Source: Candidatus Latescibacterota bacterium (lineage in GTDB: Bacteria > Latescibacterota > UBA2968 > UBA8231). From it: a stretch of 64,000 bases of DNA. Both the position numbers and the translations under genes were made by a program. Under the pieces are notes generated by a model that did not search any database, was not told the origin of the DNA, and saw only the letters and a list, made by a program, of their open reading frames with translations. How positions within the stretch are numbered: the stretch's first letter is position 1; each line of letters starts with the position of its first letter. The DNA lies in NCBI GenBank assembly GCA_965200315.1, contig OZ241362.1, positions 352,001-416,000 on the forward strand, written 5' to 3'. Below, piece after piece: positions 21,101 to 30,497 of this stretch.

Positions 21101-22569
21101 GCGATACCTCGGTGGTGCGGGCGACCGGAATGCTGGGGCTGGTGCCGGAGGAAGTGCGCGTCACCGGCATCGATAAGGCACTGGTGGGCGGCAGCTTCTT
21201 CGCGCACGAGGACGAAGCAACCTGCCTGATGGCCGAGGGCATGGCCGCGGCGCTGGGCATAGGGCCGGCGGAGCTGGGCACGGCGACGGTGCGGGTATTC
21301 GGCCGGGACTTGGTGGTGCGGGGCGTGTTCGACCCCGACCTTTTTGAGGCGGTCCGCGACCTCGACGACGAGCCCCTGACGCCGGCGGATTTCCAGATGT
21401 CGAGCACCCAAGCACTAGGGCCGGTGGCCCAAGACAAGATGAGCATCGCCGTAGATGAATCCGCGCTCGATATTCGTCCCTTCATCCACCTAGAATCCGA
21501 CAATGTGCTGGTCTTGCCATACGGGACATTGCGGGAGGCGGGGGGCATGTTGCGCTCAGTGGCGGTGCTGCTGGAAGATGGGGAGCGCGGACAGGAGATG
21601 GTCGAGGATTTTCTCCTGCGTCTGGCCATTACGCTCTTTGCCGGCCTGAAGGATCCGGGCGAAGCCGCCATTAAGGTGTTTTCCTATACCTCGATTGGGT
21701 CGCCTGATGTCGAGGGCTTGGGGGCCTTGGTGATACCCATGTTTATCGCGGCGCTGATTGTGCTCAATGCGATGATGGGGGCCGTCTATGAGCGCTTTCG
21801 CGAGATCGGCATTTATTCGTCGGTGGGATTGGCACCGTTACACATTGCCTTGCTGTTTGTGGCCGAGGCCTGTGTCTATGCCATCATTGGCGTTACTTTG
21901 GGCTATATTCTCGGCCAGAGTGTGGGCAAAGCACTCATCGCGCTGGACCTGTTGCAGGGAATAAGCCTCAATTATTCGTCGATGGCGGCGATTGTCTCGT
22001 CCCTGATCGTGATGGCCGTGGTCTTGCTTTCGACTATATATCCGGCTAGGGTAGCAGCCCGCACGGCCGTGCCCGATACGGTCCGGCGCTGGACGCCGCC
22101 GGACCCGGATGGGGACCGCTGGGAAATGGAGTTTCCCTTTATGGTCAGCGAGGGGGAAGTGCGGGGCCTGTGCGGTTTCTTAGCCGGTTACTTCAGTGCC
22201 TATAGCGAGGAGTCCATCGGCGATTTCTACGCCGAGAAGGTCCAGTTGGTCCAAGAAGATGGCGAGCGCGGGCCGGAGTACGCGGTGCAGCTCCTGCTCT
22301 GGCTGGCGCCGTTCGACATGGGGGTGAGCCAGTTCATGCAGCTCGAATTTTTGCCCACCTCGGTCAAATCCGTCTATACGGTGGAGATTTACATTCAGCG
22401 GATCAGCGGTCAGGACACCTTTTGGCAGCGGGTCAACCACCGCTTTATCAATGGGTTGCGGAAAGAGTTCCTGCTCTGGCACACCCTCGCCACAGAGTCC
22501 AAGGCCCACCATCGCGGGGTCGCCGAGCAGATGTTGGCTGAGGCCGCAGAAGTTGAGCGAGTGGAATGA
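18166..22569 (+). CDS. Large FtsX/MacB-type permease fused to an M28-fold + PA ectodomain
   Basis: Signal peptide; SRISGYPG, PA-like segment, M28-like core; SNMRRRKLRTGLTL and VYERFREIGIYSSVGLAP FtsX motifs; ATGA overlap with the upstream gene. Confidence 0.85.
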   Translation: MKHSAYYILCVLVLIANSGWAREDGVRETVSYLSSLGSRISGYPGAAAAADYVEQRLREIGLPELTRESFEVTVPIDQGGELFLTESGERYALYGLWPNLVRTSTLPGYEGEMIYGGDGEWENFAGFEIDGRVVLMEFNSWSRWLQAASLGARAIVFIEPEETTRNQATAKYSTAPLDIPRFWIERAAGLQLKERLLQHPTSVVLKGRMDWQRKTAWNIWGRFPGADPTLADETIVIESYYDGMSVVPALAPAAEATSGIAALLALAEHLVRHPPRRPVVLVATGAHFQAQQGIVHFLERHARLHPYYAERMEEPLKPKLFICIDLTSQSDGLGIWNNTFSYDLKRFFVPFGRRFTAYAEEESARLGLEQERPLANGISPIRGMDWSTFVPGGVSVSGEQALTAGIISLSFVTVNDGRYLVDTPFDTPERMNIDNLSRQSRLLNAMLTRAINDEDLFADLEDFGPVLKDKLRSLRVKVRSFPRRSQAPDRPIADALVVVDPWYKSHKGLRMARYHLTDDQGVADIHGLWTGAYPVAAYQVNPATGQIVYAPDLSKRGQQFSGAVVNGWMIDSKVRWNTNEKTIVVFPTISRPFYSMIDPRYLRSFKGIKIVDGNGVEPRQFGLARGAGEGEAVGVVFGAQDADEDDGIKMLIDNRMLLLNSEGSENETQARGRGYALREESLVRTGMLAVEDMWQLNEARLRTLREHAIENQRLARLHQRGKSLIEKARQAEEVKDWERYVEHVRAALGVTSRAYPEALQTLNDVISGMVFFLALVIPTAFLGERLLFAAADIRWQLAGFGGLLLLIWIAISQVHPAFAIAHPLVILLAFAIMAMAAFVMAMISSRFNRYMKTYQAREAHVHETDISRASASYAAFMLGISNMRRRKLRTGLTLLTLVLLTFTVLSFTSFNTQIRYMAFAMDHEGPYEGVLIRDRNWNLLNRPTLDYARSHFAAEGVVVPRNWYVAFDDEQKKYIEVFGDTSVVRATGMLGLVPEEVRVTGIDKALVGGSFFAHEDEATCLMAEGMAAALGIGPAELGTATVRVFGRDLVVRGVFDPDLFEAVRDLDDEPLTPADFQMSSTQALGPVAQDKMSIAVDESALDIRPFIHLESDNVLVLPYGTLREAGGMLRSVAVLLEDGERGQEMVEDFLLRLAITLFAGLKDPGEAAIKVFSYTSIGSPDVEGLGALVIPMFIAALIVLNAMMGAVYERFREIGIYSSVGLAPLHIALLFVAEACVYAIIGVTLGYILGQSVGKALIALDLLQGISLNYSSMAAIVSSLIVMAVVLLSTIYPARVAARTAVPDTVRRWTPPDPDGDRWEMEFPFMVSEGEVRGLCGFLAGYFSAYSEESIGDFYAEKVQLVQEDGERGPEYAVQLLLWLAPFDMGVSQFMQLEFLPTSVKSVYTVEIYIQRISGQDTFWQRVNHRFINGLRKEFLLWHTLATESKAHHRGVAEQMLAEAAEVERVE

Positions 22570-25500
22570 TGGAAGCGTTTTTTCAAAGACTGTCTGCGTC
22601 TTTTCAGCAGCTATTTGATCGCAAACAAAAAAAGGAGCGCCAGTGGGCGGAGGTTGAAGAGTACCGCGCCTTACTCGAAGCGCCCGAGCCCAACCGCTTT
22701 GATGAAGGTTTTACGATCCGCACCATTATCGGCGTGTTCTTTATCTCGCTGATTATGACTCCTGGCGAGATGTTCCTCGGGCTGTACACGGGTGGCGGCG
22801 TTGGCGCGGCAGCGCAATGGGTGACGGTGATCCTCTTTTTAGAAGTCGCCAAACGTTCGTTTACCTCGCTCAAGCGCCAAGAGATCTACCTGCTAGTGTA
22901 CGTGGCCTCGGCCTTGGTCTCCCGCGAGGAAGGCGCGTTTCTCGACTTACTCTGGCGTCAGTACTTCGTGACCTCGGCCGAAGCCGAGCAATTCGGTATC
23001 TCGCACCGCTTGCCGTCGTGGTGGGTACCCGGGCCCGATTCGGAGGCCATTGCCGAGCGCACCTTTATTCACCGCGACTGGTTGATTCCGATCCTGCTGT
23101 TGGTGGTCGGGACGATCATGGGCCGCATCGCTTGGTTTACGTCCGGCTACATGCTCTTCCGGCTGACTTCCGACCGCGAGCAATTGCCCTTTCCCACCGC
23201 ACCCATGTCGGCGTTGAGCTCTATGGCGCTGGCCGAGGATTCGGGCGCCGAGCGGGAGACGTGGAAGTGGCCGGTGTTTAGCATTGGCGCGGTCATCGGT
23301 GCGTCATTCGGGGCCATCTATGTAGGGGTGCCGGTGGTCACCCATCTCTGGGGATCCAAAGTGGAGATTCTGCCGATTCCCTTCTGGGACCTGACGCCCT
23401 ATTTCGGCAATATACTCCCTGCCACGCCGCTGGGGGTCGTCGTGCACTTGGGGCCGATATTCGCCGGGATGCTCATGCCCTTCTGGCTGGTGGTTGGCTC
23501 CTTTTCCGGGGTGATGCTGCACACGGCTGTTAGCCCCTTTCTCTATGAATTAGGCTATCTCCCGCGCTGGGAAGTCGGTATGGACACCATCCGCACCGGG
23601 ATCGTCACTAGTATCGACTTTTGGCAAGCCTTTTCTATTGGCATTACCATCGCCGTCACCATCGTAAGCTTCTACCAACTCTTTAGCACCGGCCGTGAGA
23701 AGCGGGCCGAACTGCGCGAGAAACTGCAACTTGAGAAGGCTGATCAGTCCACGGTGTGTCAGCACTCGGACTGCCATCGCCCAGCCGAGGTGAGGGGATA
23801 CTGCTTAAAACACCTAGGCCGCGGCGATTTCAATATGTGGGTCTGCGCTTCGCTGTTTTGCGTAGCGGCGATCTATCCGATCGTCTTGGCCAAGGTCTTG
23901 TTTCCCACTTTGGTCAGCACTGGCCTGTTGGTGCTTTTCGTGCTCATCGCCTTTGTTTATGCGCCGATCATGTCCTTTGTCAGCGCTCGGCTCGACGGTT
24001 TGATTGGCGAGAACGTTTCGATTCCCCATGTCGAAAACGCCATCCGCTTTATGACCGGCTTTCGCGGGGTCGAAATCTGGTTCGTGCCCTTTCCTACCCG
24101 CAACTTCGGCGGGAATGCCGAGAGATTTAGGATCGTCGAGTTAGTTGGGATGAAGTTTACCAGCCTACTCAAGGCCGAGCTCTTTATGTTGCCCATCGTC
24201 TTAGGGGTTAGTCTGATGTACTGGACCTTCCTCTGGCGCTTGGGGCCTATTCCCTCGGAAAGCTACCCATACGCGCAGGTCATGTGGCCGCGGCAGGCCT
24301 TTGAACAAGCACTCATCTACTCCGCCACGATGTACAGCAAAATGTGGCGCGCCGGAGGGGAGTTGGAAGGGGATATTGTGCCCAATGGCCAAGTCGTGTG
24401 GAGCCCGAGCAATTTGGAGGACGGTCGTTGGTGGTACTGGCGGGTGAGTACCACTAGGGATTTAGAGGTGCCCGATCCGGTAAAGCGCGACTATGAACCT
24501 TGGTCGCAGACAGGCTACTTCTACACGGACTTCAGCGGCGGGGACGCACCACCGCCGCCGGAGGCCGCCCTAAGGATCGACGCCGAGGCGGGTACTCCGT
24601 CGGATGGCCCCCAGCTACTTTGGCCACCCAATGGCGCGGCCATTGACACGCCGAACCCCAACTTCCGAGCTGCGATCAATTTGGCTCCGGGCGATTCGGT
24701 TGATTTCTACTTTGAAATAGATCGTCTGCCCAGCTTTGATGGCGAGGCTTTGCAACGATCCTCGGACATGCCCTTGCTCTTTGAGGTTCTGTGGCAGGAC
24801 ATGCGCTTTACCGGCAACCGCAAGGACGACGACGGCGATCTCAATATCGCGGCTCTCGTCGAGAGTGTGGATCCGGAGGGGTTGGGAGGCCAGCTTGGAC
24901 TGGCCGACGGCGACCGCCTCCGTGCGATAAACGGCGTCGAACTTCGCGTCCCGCAATGGGATACTGAGCGGATTGATCGGTATTTTACCCAGGGAGCGGA
25001 CTCGGTATTTGCCGCTTGGGAACGGGATGAGAAAACCATGCGTCGCGCTGTGGTGCGTCGATCTGGGGAAGCTCTGGGGCTTGAGTTTGCGGCGGACACG
25101 TCATTCGTCGAGAGTTGGACCGAATACGACGCGGTGCGCGTCACCACCGTAGCCGAAGCAGGGCTAGGCCACCGCTTGGGCTTGCAAGCCGGCGACCATC
25201 TTATGACGATCAACGGCCAAAGCATTGAGCAGGATACGTGGCGTAGCGAGAAGGTAAGGACCGCCTTTGCTGCGGTTGTGGAGGAGACCGCGACTACGGT
25301 GCTAGTCGAGTGGGAGCGGGATGGAGACCGGCTTCAAGGTTTGGTGGCCGATGCGTCGTCTCTCCCGCTAGGCCTGACCTATCGGGCCGGGGCCATCGAG
25401 GGCATCGACGAAGAGCTGGTCAACAACCGCGACGACGATGGCGACGGCCTGATTGACGAGGATACGGACCATCCCCTCGGCGGTAGAAAGTGGCCCATCA

Positions 25501-25799
25501 TCCTCGGCGCAGCGGGATTCGGCTTGACCGCATATTTCACGCTGGCCTTTATGGGAATGCCGATTTTTCTCATCTGGGGATACGTCCAGAGCGTCAACGG
25601 CATTCCGCATGGTCTCATTCCGCAAATCATCGGTGCCTTGATCGCCCGACACTACTTCTGGAAGCGATACGGCATGCAGGAATGGCGGCGCTACGCCATG
25701 GTTCTGAGCGTGGGCTTCGGGGTTGGCATGTCGCTGATCGGCATGTTTAGTGCCGCTTTGGAGATGATCAATAAGGCCGTTTCTTCTCTAGCCTATTGA
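22566..25799 (+). CDS. OPT-like 'peptide transporter' membrane protein with large inserted soluble domains
   Basis: FDEGFTIRT, AAQWVTVILF, SDREQLPFP, PIPSESYPYAQVMW; two PDZ-like GLxxGD units; DDDGDGLIDED repeat; ATGA overlap. Confidence 0.75.
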   Translation: MMEAFFQRLSASFQQLFDRKQKKERQWAEVEEYRALLEAPEPNRFDEGFTIRTIIGVFFISLIMTPGEMFLGLYTGGGVGAAAQWVTVILFLEVAKRSFTSLKRQEIYLLVYVASALVSREEGAFLDLLWRQYFVTSAEAEQFGISHRLPSWWVPGPDSEAIAERTFIHRDWLIPILLLVVGTIMGRIAWFTSGYMLFRLTSDREQLPFPTAPMSALSSMALAEDSGAERETWKWPVFSIGAVIGASFGAIYVGVPVVTHLWGSKVEILPIPFWDLTPYFGNILPATPLGVVVHLGPIFAGMLMPFWLVVGSFSGVMLHTAVSPFLYELGYLPRWEVGMDTIRTGIVTSIDFWQAFSIGITIAVTIVSFYQLFSTGREKRAELREKLQLEKADQSTVCQHSDCHRPAEVRGYCLKHLGRGDFNMWVCASLFCVAAIYPIVLAKVLFPTLVSTGLLVLFVLIAFVYAPIMSFVSARLDGLIGENVSIPHVENAIRFMTGFRGVEIWFVPFPTRNFGGNAERFRIVELVGMKFTSLLKAELFMLPIVLGVSLMYWTFLWRLGPIPSESYPYAQVMWPRQAFEQALIYSATMYSKMWRAGGELEGDIVPNGQVVWSPSNLEDGRWWYWRVSTTRDLEVPDPVKRDYEPWSQTGYFYTDFSGGDAPPPPEAALRIDAEAGTPSDGPQLLWPPNGAAIDTPNPNFRAAINLAPGDSVDFYFEIDRLPSFDGEALQRSSDMPLLFEVLWQDMRFTGNRKDDDGDLNIAALVESVDPEGLGGQLGLADGDRLRAINGVELRVPQWDTERIDRYFTQGADSVFAAWERDEKTMRRAVVRRSGEALGLEFAADTSFVESWTEYDAVRVTTVAEAGLGHRLGLQAGDHLMTINGQSIEQDTWRSEKVRTAFAAVVEETATTVLVEWERDGDRLQGLVADASSLPLGLTYRAGAIEGIDEELVNNRDDDGDGLIDEDTDHPLGGRKWPIILGAAGFGLTAYFTLAFMGMPIFLIWGYVQSVNGIPHGLIPQIIGALIARHYFWKRYGMQEWRRYAMVLSVGFGVGMSLIGMFSAALEMINKAVSSLAY

Positions 25800-25841
25800 G
25801 GGGGTGGATAAGGTCTATTAGCCCTTGTATCTCCGCCATTT

Positions 25842-26162
25842 ATGGACTTACTTACGCGCATATTCCGCGTCGTGCGGGCGCACACTGCTTCTAGCAAGCC
25901 GAGCGACGCCTACGAACACTGGCAGCCCCCGCCGCCGCCTGAGCCTGCCGAAGACCAAGTACTCGCCGGATACTACGCCAATCTGGAACTCCCATACGGG
26001 GCGAATCTGGAAGAGGTGAAGGCCGCGTGGAAGCGGCTGATGAAACAGTACCACCCCGACCGCCACGCACAGGATCCGGCCAAGCGCGAGGTGGCCAACG
26101 CGCTGTGCGCCCAGTTGACGCACGCCTATAAAGAGTTGGAAAAGTCTCTGACGACCCACTAA
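25842..26162 (+). CDS. J-domain (DnaJ-like) protein
   Basis: YYANLELPYGA..EEVKAAWKRLMKQYHPD (HPD motif). Confidence 0.9.
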   Translation: MDLLTRIFRVVRAHTASSKPSDAYEHWQPPPPPEPAEDQVLAGYYANLELPYGANLEEVKAAWKRLMKQYHPDRHAQDPAKREVANALCAQLTHAYKELEKSLTTH

Positions 26163-26180
26163 ACTAGCTGGAGGAAGCTT

Positions 26181-26576
26181 ATGGCTGATTTTGCCACCGT
26201 AAAGGAGTACGTTCTCGAATTGGGCTTTGCCATTGCCGAGGAGATTCCCGAAGAAGAAATCATCATTGTCAACGACGAGGAGCGAGGGGTACAAAACCTA
26301 GTCATTGATTGCGAGGAGGATACAGTCTTGGTGATTGAGCAGCTCATCATCGAGGTCGCGGCTGGAGCTACCGAGGCGTATAAGCGGATTTTGCAGATGA
26401 ACCGCGACTTGGTCTTTGGTGCCTTCGTCCTCAACGAAGAGGGCGATTCGCTGCTCTATCGCAACACGCTGGCGCTGGAGAATTTGGACTTAAACGAACT
26501 GGAGAGCACCATCAACTCCCTCGGTCTCGGCTTGGCTGAGCACGGGGAGGAATTACTAGGATTTGCCGCCAAATAG
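26181..26576 (+). CDS. YbjN/CesT-like chaperone-fold protein
   Basis: Acidic 131 aa; LQMNRDLVFGAFVL, YRNTLALENLDLNE; GGAGG RBS; directly upstream of PspA. Confidence 0.8.
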   Translation: MADFATVKEYVLELGFAIAEEIPEEEIIIVNDEERGVQNLVIDCEEDTVLVIEQLIIEVAAGATEAYKRILQMNRDLVFGAFVLNEEGDSLLYRNTLALENLDLNELESTINSLGLGLAEHGEELLGFAAK

Positions 26577-26587
26577 GAGGATAGGAT

Positions 26588-27298
26588 ATGGCAGGTTTAT
26601 TTCAACGCTTGTTTAAAACCGGTCAGGCCGAGGCCCACGCCATGGTGGATAAGCTCGAAGACCCGATCAAGATGAGCGAGCAAGCGATCCGCGACTTAAA
26701 AAAGGACTTGCAGGAAAGTCTCAAGGCTCTGGCCGAGGTCAAGGCGATTTCCATCAGGCTCAGCCGCGAGTCCGAAGACCACCGCCGGCGCGCCGAAGAC
26801 TACGAGCGCAAGGCCATGCTGCTGTTGCAAAAGGCCGAATCTGGTCAGATAGAGGAGGCTGAAGCCGACCGCTTGGCGCGCGAATCCTTGACCCGCGTCG
26901 AAGAGGCCCAGAGTCGGCACTCAGAAGCCTCCCAACAGGCCCAAGCCCAACAGGCGATGGCCGACAAGCTACAGAGCAATGTCAACGATCTGAAGTCGAA
27001 AATCGCCTCGTACGAAAACGATCTAGTAACTCTCAAGGCGCGCACCAAGACCGCCAACGCTACCCGCAAAATCAACCAGCACTTGGCCAACATCGACTCC
27101 AAGGGGACCACGGCCCTGCTCGAACGGATGAAGGAAAAGACCGAAGAGCAGGAAGCCCTCGCCGAAGCCTATGGCGATATGGGAGACGCGGCGACGAGCG
27201 TTGACGACGAGATCAACAAGGCCCTCGCCGACAGCAAGGGAGCCAAAGTCGACGATTCCCTGGCCCAACTCAAGGCCAGAATGAAGACAGCAAAATAA
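26588..27298 (+). CDS. PspA/IM30 (ESCRT-III-like) family protein
   Basis: MAGLFQRL amphipathic start, LEDP, long coiled coil, ERMKEK, LAQLKARM C-terminus. Confidence 0.93.
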   Translation: MAGLFQRLFKTGQAEAHAMVDKLEDPIKMSEQAIRDLKKDLQESLKALAEVKAISIRLSRESEDHRRRAEDYERKAMLLLQKAESGQIEEAEADRLARESLTRVEEAQSRHSEASQQAQAQQAMADKLQSNVNDLKSKIASYENDLVTLKARTKTANATRKINQHLANIDSKGTTALLERMKEKTEEQEALAEAYGDMGDAATSVDDEINKALADSKGAKVDDSLAQLKARMKTAK

Positions 27299-27321
27299 GG
27301 GTTGCCGCCCGTGCCCATGGG

Positions 27322-28971
27322 ATGAAATCCCTTAGCCGCAGGCAATTTTTCGGCGCATTCGCCGCCGCTGGTAGCTGGGTCGCTTGGAGTGGTTGCTCGT
27401 CTGACCAGCCGCCGCGGCCGGTCCCTGGGCGGATCGTCAACGAGGGGCCTCCGAGTGGACACCTGCTGCGCGATGTGCATTCTTGGGCAGACTTTGCCGC
27501 GGCTGAGCCCGCGTGCGATGTCGCCATTGTCGGCGGTGGGATATCCGGCTTGGCGGCGGCGTGGAAGTTGCGTCGGTCGGGGGTGGAGCGAATCCTCCTC
27601 CTCGACCTCGACGACCAGCTAGGGGGCACCAGTCGCAGTGGGCACTGGGGCGACCAAGTATTCCCTTGGGGCGCTCACTACATCAACATCCCTCCCGCCG
27701 AAGCCGACTGCATCCACGAAATACTGCAAGATCTAGGCGTCATCGACGGCTACGACGCGGCGAATAAGCCGCTGGCCGCCGCTGGGGCGATGCTGCGCTG
27801 GCCGCACGAGCGGCTCTTCTATCGGGGTCGCTGGGTCGCTGGGCTGGACCCGTTTGTCGACGCATCGGGCCGGGAGCGCGAAGCGTTGTTGCGCTTTGAA
27901 GACGAGATGCTGCGCTGGGCCTTGCATCGCGGCCGGGACGGGCGTCGGGCCTTTGCCATGCCTTTGCGCTACAGCACGAGCGATGTCAGGGTGCGGCGTT
28001 TGGACCAGATCAGTATGGCCCAGTACCTCCGCGAGGAAGGCTGGCACGACGACCGGCTGCGCTGGTTGGTCGATTACGCCTGCCGCGACGACTACGGCAG
28101 CACGGCCGCCCAAGTCTCGGCTTGGGCCGGGATTCACTACTATGCCTGTCGGTTTTATGACTACCGATTACACGAATCGTATCCAGCGCACACGCTGACG
28201 TGGCCCGAGGGCAATGGGTACCTAGTTCAGCAACTCGCTAATAGGCTGGGGGAAAACGAGATAAAGCGACAAGCTCTAGTGGCTCGTCTAGCCGAAGAGC
28301 GGGCACAGGTGCGGTTGGGATACGTCGACTTGGCCACCGGGGAAAAGCGGCAACTGACCGCCCGAGCGGTGGTGTACGCCGGCAAGCTCCACACGGCTCC
28401 TTATGCGATTGCAGACTTGCCGGATGCACAAGCTAAAGCCATGGCGGCCATTGAGTATAGCCCTTGGCTGGTAGCGGCGATTTTCCTCAAAGAACCGCTC
28501 GCTGCCCATCAGACCACTTGGGACAATGTCTTGTACGATAGCCCGTCGCTGGGCTACGTGGTCGCCGACCATCAGCAGGGCGGTGGCCGCGTGTTGATGT
28601 ACTATTGGCCCTTTGTCGATAAACTTGCGGACGCCCGGCAGACCTTGCTCGCGCAGGACCATTCATTCTGGACCAAGCAGATCATGGTCGATTTGCGCCG
28701 AGTTCACCCTGAGCTAGACGACCTCATAGAGCGTGTCGATCTATATCGCTGGGGGCACGGGATGATGCGGCCTAGTCCTCGGTCGCTGTGGGGGCCGACG
28801 GCTGCTTGGCGACAGCAGCCCATGGAGCGGATATTTTTTGCCTCGTGCGATGCCACGGGGCTGCCCCTGTGCGAAGAAGCGATCTTTGCCGGTATGCTGG
28901 CGGCGGAGCAGGCCATGGACTGTCTCGGCGTGGCGTATTCCTCCTCGCTGGGAGGGCTTGCGGATGCCTAG
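27322..28971 (+). CDS. Tat-exported FAD-dependent amine oxidase-like oxidoreductase
   Basis: SRRQFF twin-arginine plus WSGC lipobox-like; IVGGGISGL, PWGAHY, YACRDDYG, RWGHGM. Confidence 0.85.
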   Translation: MKSLSRRQFFGAFAAAGSWVAWSGCSSDQPPRPVPGRIVNEGPPSGHLLRDVHSWADFAAAEPACDVAIVGGGISGLAAAWKLRRSGVERILLLDLDDQLGGTSRSGHWGDQVFPWGAHYINIPPAEADCIHEILQDLGVIDGYDAANKPLAAAGAMLRWPHERLFYRGRWVAGLDPFVDASGREREALLRFEDEMLRWALHRGRDGRRAFAMPLRYSTSDVRVRRLDQISMAQYLREEGWHDDRLRWLVDYACRDDYGSTAAQVSAWAGIHYYACRFYDYRLHESYPAHTLTWPEGNGYLVQQLANRLGENEIKRQALVARLAEERAQVRLGYVDLATGEKRQLTARAVVYAGKLHTAPYAIADLPDAQAKAMAAIEYSPWLVAAIFLKEPLAAHQTTWDNVLYDSPSLGYVVADHQQGGGRVLMYYWPFVDKLADARQTLLAQDHSFWTKQIMVDLRRVHPELDDLIERVDLYRWGHGMMRPSPRSLWGPTAAWRQQPMERIFFASCDATGLPLCEEAIFAGMLAAEQAMDCLGVAYSSSLGGLADA

Positions 28972-30484
28972 GCTGGGTGCGCTGTTTTTGCTGGTGGCCA
29001 TTTTCTCGGCCGCAGTCTGTGCCATCGTCTATCAGCTCCTCATCGGCAGTGTGTCTTCCTACTTCCTCGGCAATAGCGTCGAGCAGTTTTCCCTGACGAT
29101 CGGCTTTTTCCTCGCCGCGATGGGGCTTGGCTCTTGGCTTTCGCGCTTTGTCGCCGACGACTTGCTGTTGACGCGACTGGCCCAGCTAGAGATTTGGCTG
29201 GGTTTTTTGGGTGGGCTTTCGGTTGGCGTACTCTACGTGCTCTATGGATACACCGACCACTTTAGGGCTGGCATGTTGGCATTGAGCACGGCGATTGGAG
29301 CATTGATCGGCCTAGAAGTGCCGCTGATCACCCGACTTCTGCGCGGGCACGGTACGCTGCGCGCGGCGCTGTCTAATGTTTTATCCCTCGATTATTTAGG
29401 GGCTTTGTTGGCTTCGTTGCTCTTCCCGTACATCCTGTTGCCCTTCCTCGGCAGCCTGCACACGGCGTTGGTCGCCGGCTTGATCAACGCCGGCCTTGGC
29501 CTCGGCGTGGTGCTTGCGTTTAAGGAGGTGTTGCGAGCGCAGCGCGCCTTCCACTGGCTAGGGGCGCAAGCAGTTGCTGTTATTGCCGTGCTAGGGGCGT
29601 TGGCGTGGCAGGGAGAGGGGTTGCGGGCGCGGTGGGAAAGCGACCTCTACGCAGATCGCATCGTCCACAGCGAGCAATCGACCTACCAGCAAATCGTCCT
29701 GACCCGGCGCGACGAACACCTGCGGCTCTATCTCAATAGCCACTTGCAATTCGCCTCCATTGACGAGCACCGCTATCACGAGGCCCTAGTCCATCCGGCT
29801 ATGGCACTGGCTCCCTCCCGCGAAAGGGTGCTCATCATAGGGGGAGGGGATGGCCTAACGGCGCGGGAAGTGCTCAAATACGAGGAGGTCCAGCACGTCG
29901 ATTTAGTCGATCTCGACCCGGCAGTGACCCGGTTGGCCCAGCGCAACATCTACCTGACGCGGCTCAACGACAACGCCTTGAATCGCCGTCAAGTCCGCGT
30001 GGTCAACGAAGATGGCTTTGTCTTTTTGCAGCGCGAGCACGTGCCGTATGGCGCGATACTAATCGACTTGCCTGACCCTCGCGAGGAGAGCTTGGCCAAG
30101 CTTTATTCGGTCGAGGCCTATAGACTGTGCCGCAAGCTGCTCAGCCCACAAGGCGTCTTGGCGACTCAAGCTTCTAGCCCGTACCACGTCCGCGAGGTGT
30201 ACTGGAGCATTGCTGCCGCCTTGGAGGAAGCTGGCTTTACCGTCCATTCCTATCACTTGCACGTGCCCTCTTTTGGCGAGTGGGGGTTCCACTTGGCGGG
30301 ATCCGCCGGGCTGGATCCGACGGCAGTCGCCTTTGCCGTTCCCACGCGCTATATCGACCGCCAAGTATGGGGGGGCCTCTCGGTGTTCGACGGCGATATG
30401 GCCCGCTTGCCCGTGCAGGCCAACCGACTTGATAGGCCGGTGTTGGCGCGTTATTATCGACAGGGTTGGGACACTCAGTTTTGA
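28964..30484 (+). CDS. speE: Membrane-anchored polyamine aminopropyltransferase (spermidine synthase-like)
   Basis: N-terminal TM bundle, DEHRYHEALVHP, IIGGGDG, DLDP, DLPDP, VPSFGEWGF. Confidence 0.88.
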   Translation: MPRLGALFLLVAIFSAAVCAIVYQLLIGSVSSYFLGNSVEQFSLTIGFFLAAMGLGSWLSRFVADDLLLTRLAQLEIWLGFLGGLSVGVLYVLYGYTDHFRAGMLALSTAIGALIGLEVPLITRLLRGHGTLRAALSNVLSLDYLGALLASLLFPYILLPFLGSLHTALVAGLINAGLGLGVVLAFKEVLRAQRAFHWLGAQAVAVIAVLGALAWQGEGLRARWESDLYADRIVHSEQSTYQQIVLTRRDEHLRLYLNSHLQFASIDEHRYHEALVHPAMALAPSRERVLIIGGGDGLTAREVLKYEEVQHVDLVDLDPAVTRLAQRNIYLTRLNDNALNRRQVRVVNEDGFVFLQREHVPYGAILIDLPDPREESLAKLYSVEAYRLCRKLLSPQGVLATQASSPYHVREVYWSIAAALEEAGFTVHSYHLHVPSFGEWGFHLAGSAGLDPTAVAFAVPTRYIDRQVWGGLSVFDGDMARLPVQANRLDRPVLARYYRQGWDTQF

Positions 30485-30497
30485 AAGGACATGCCAG

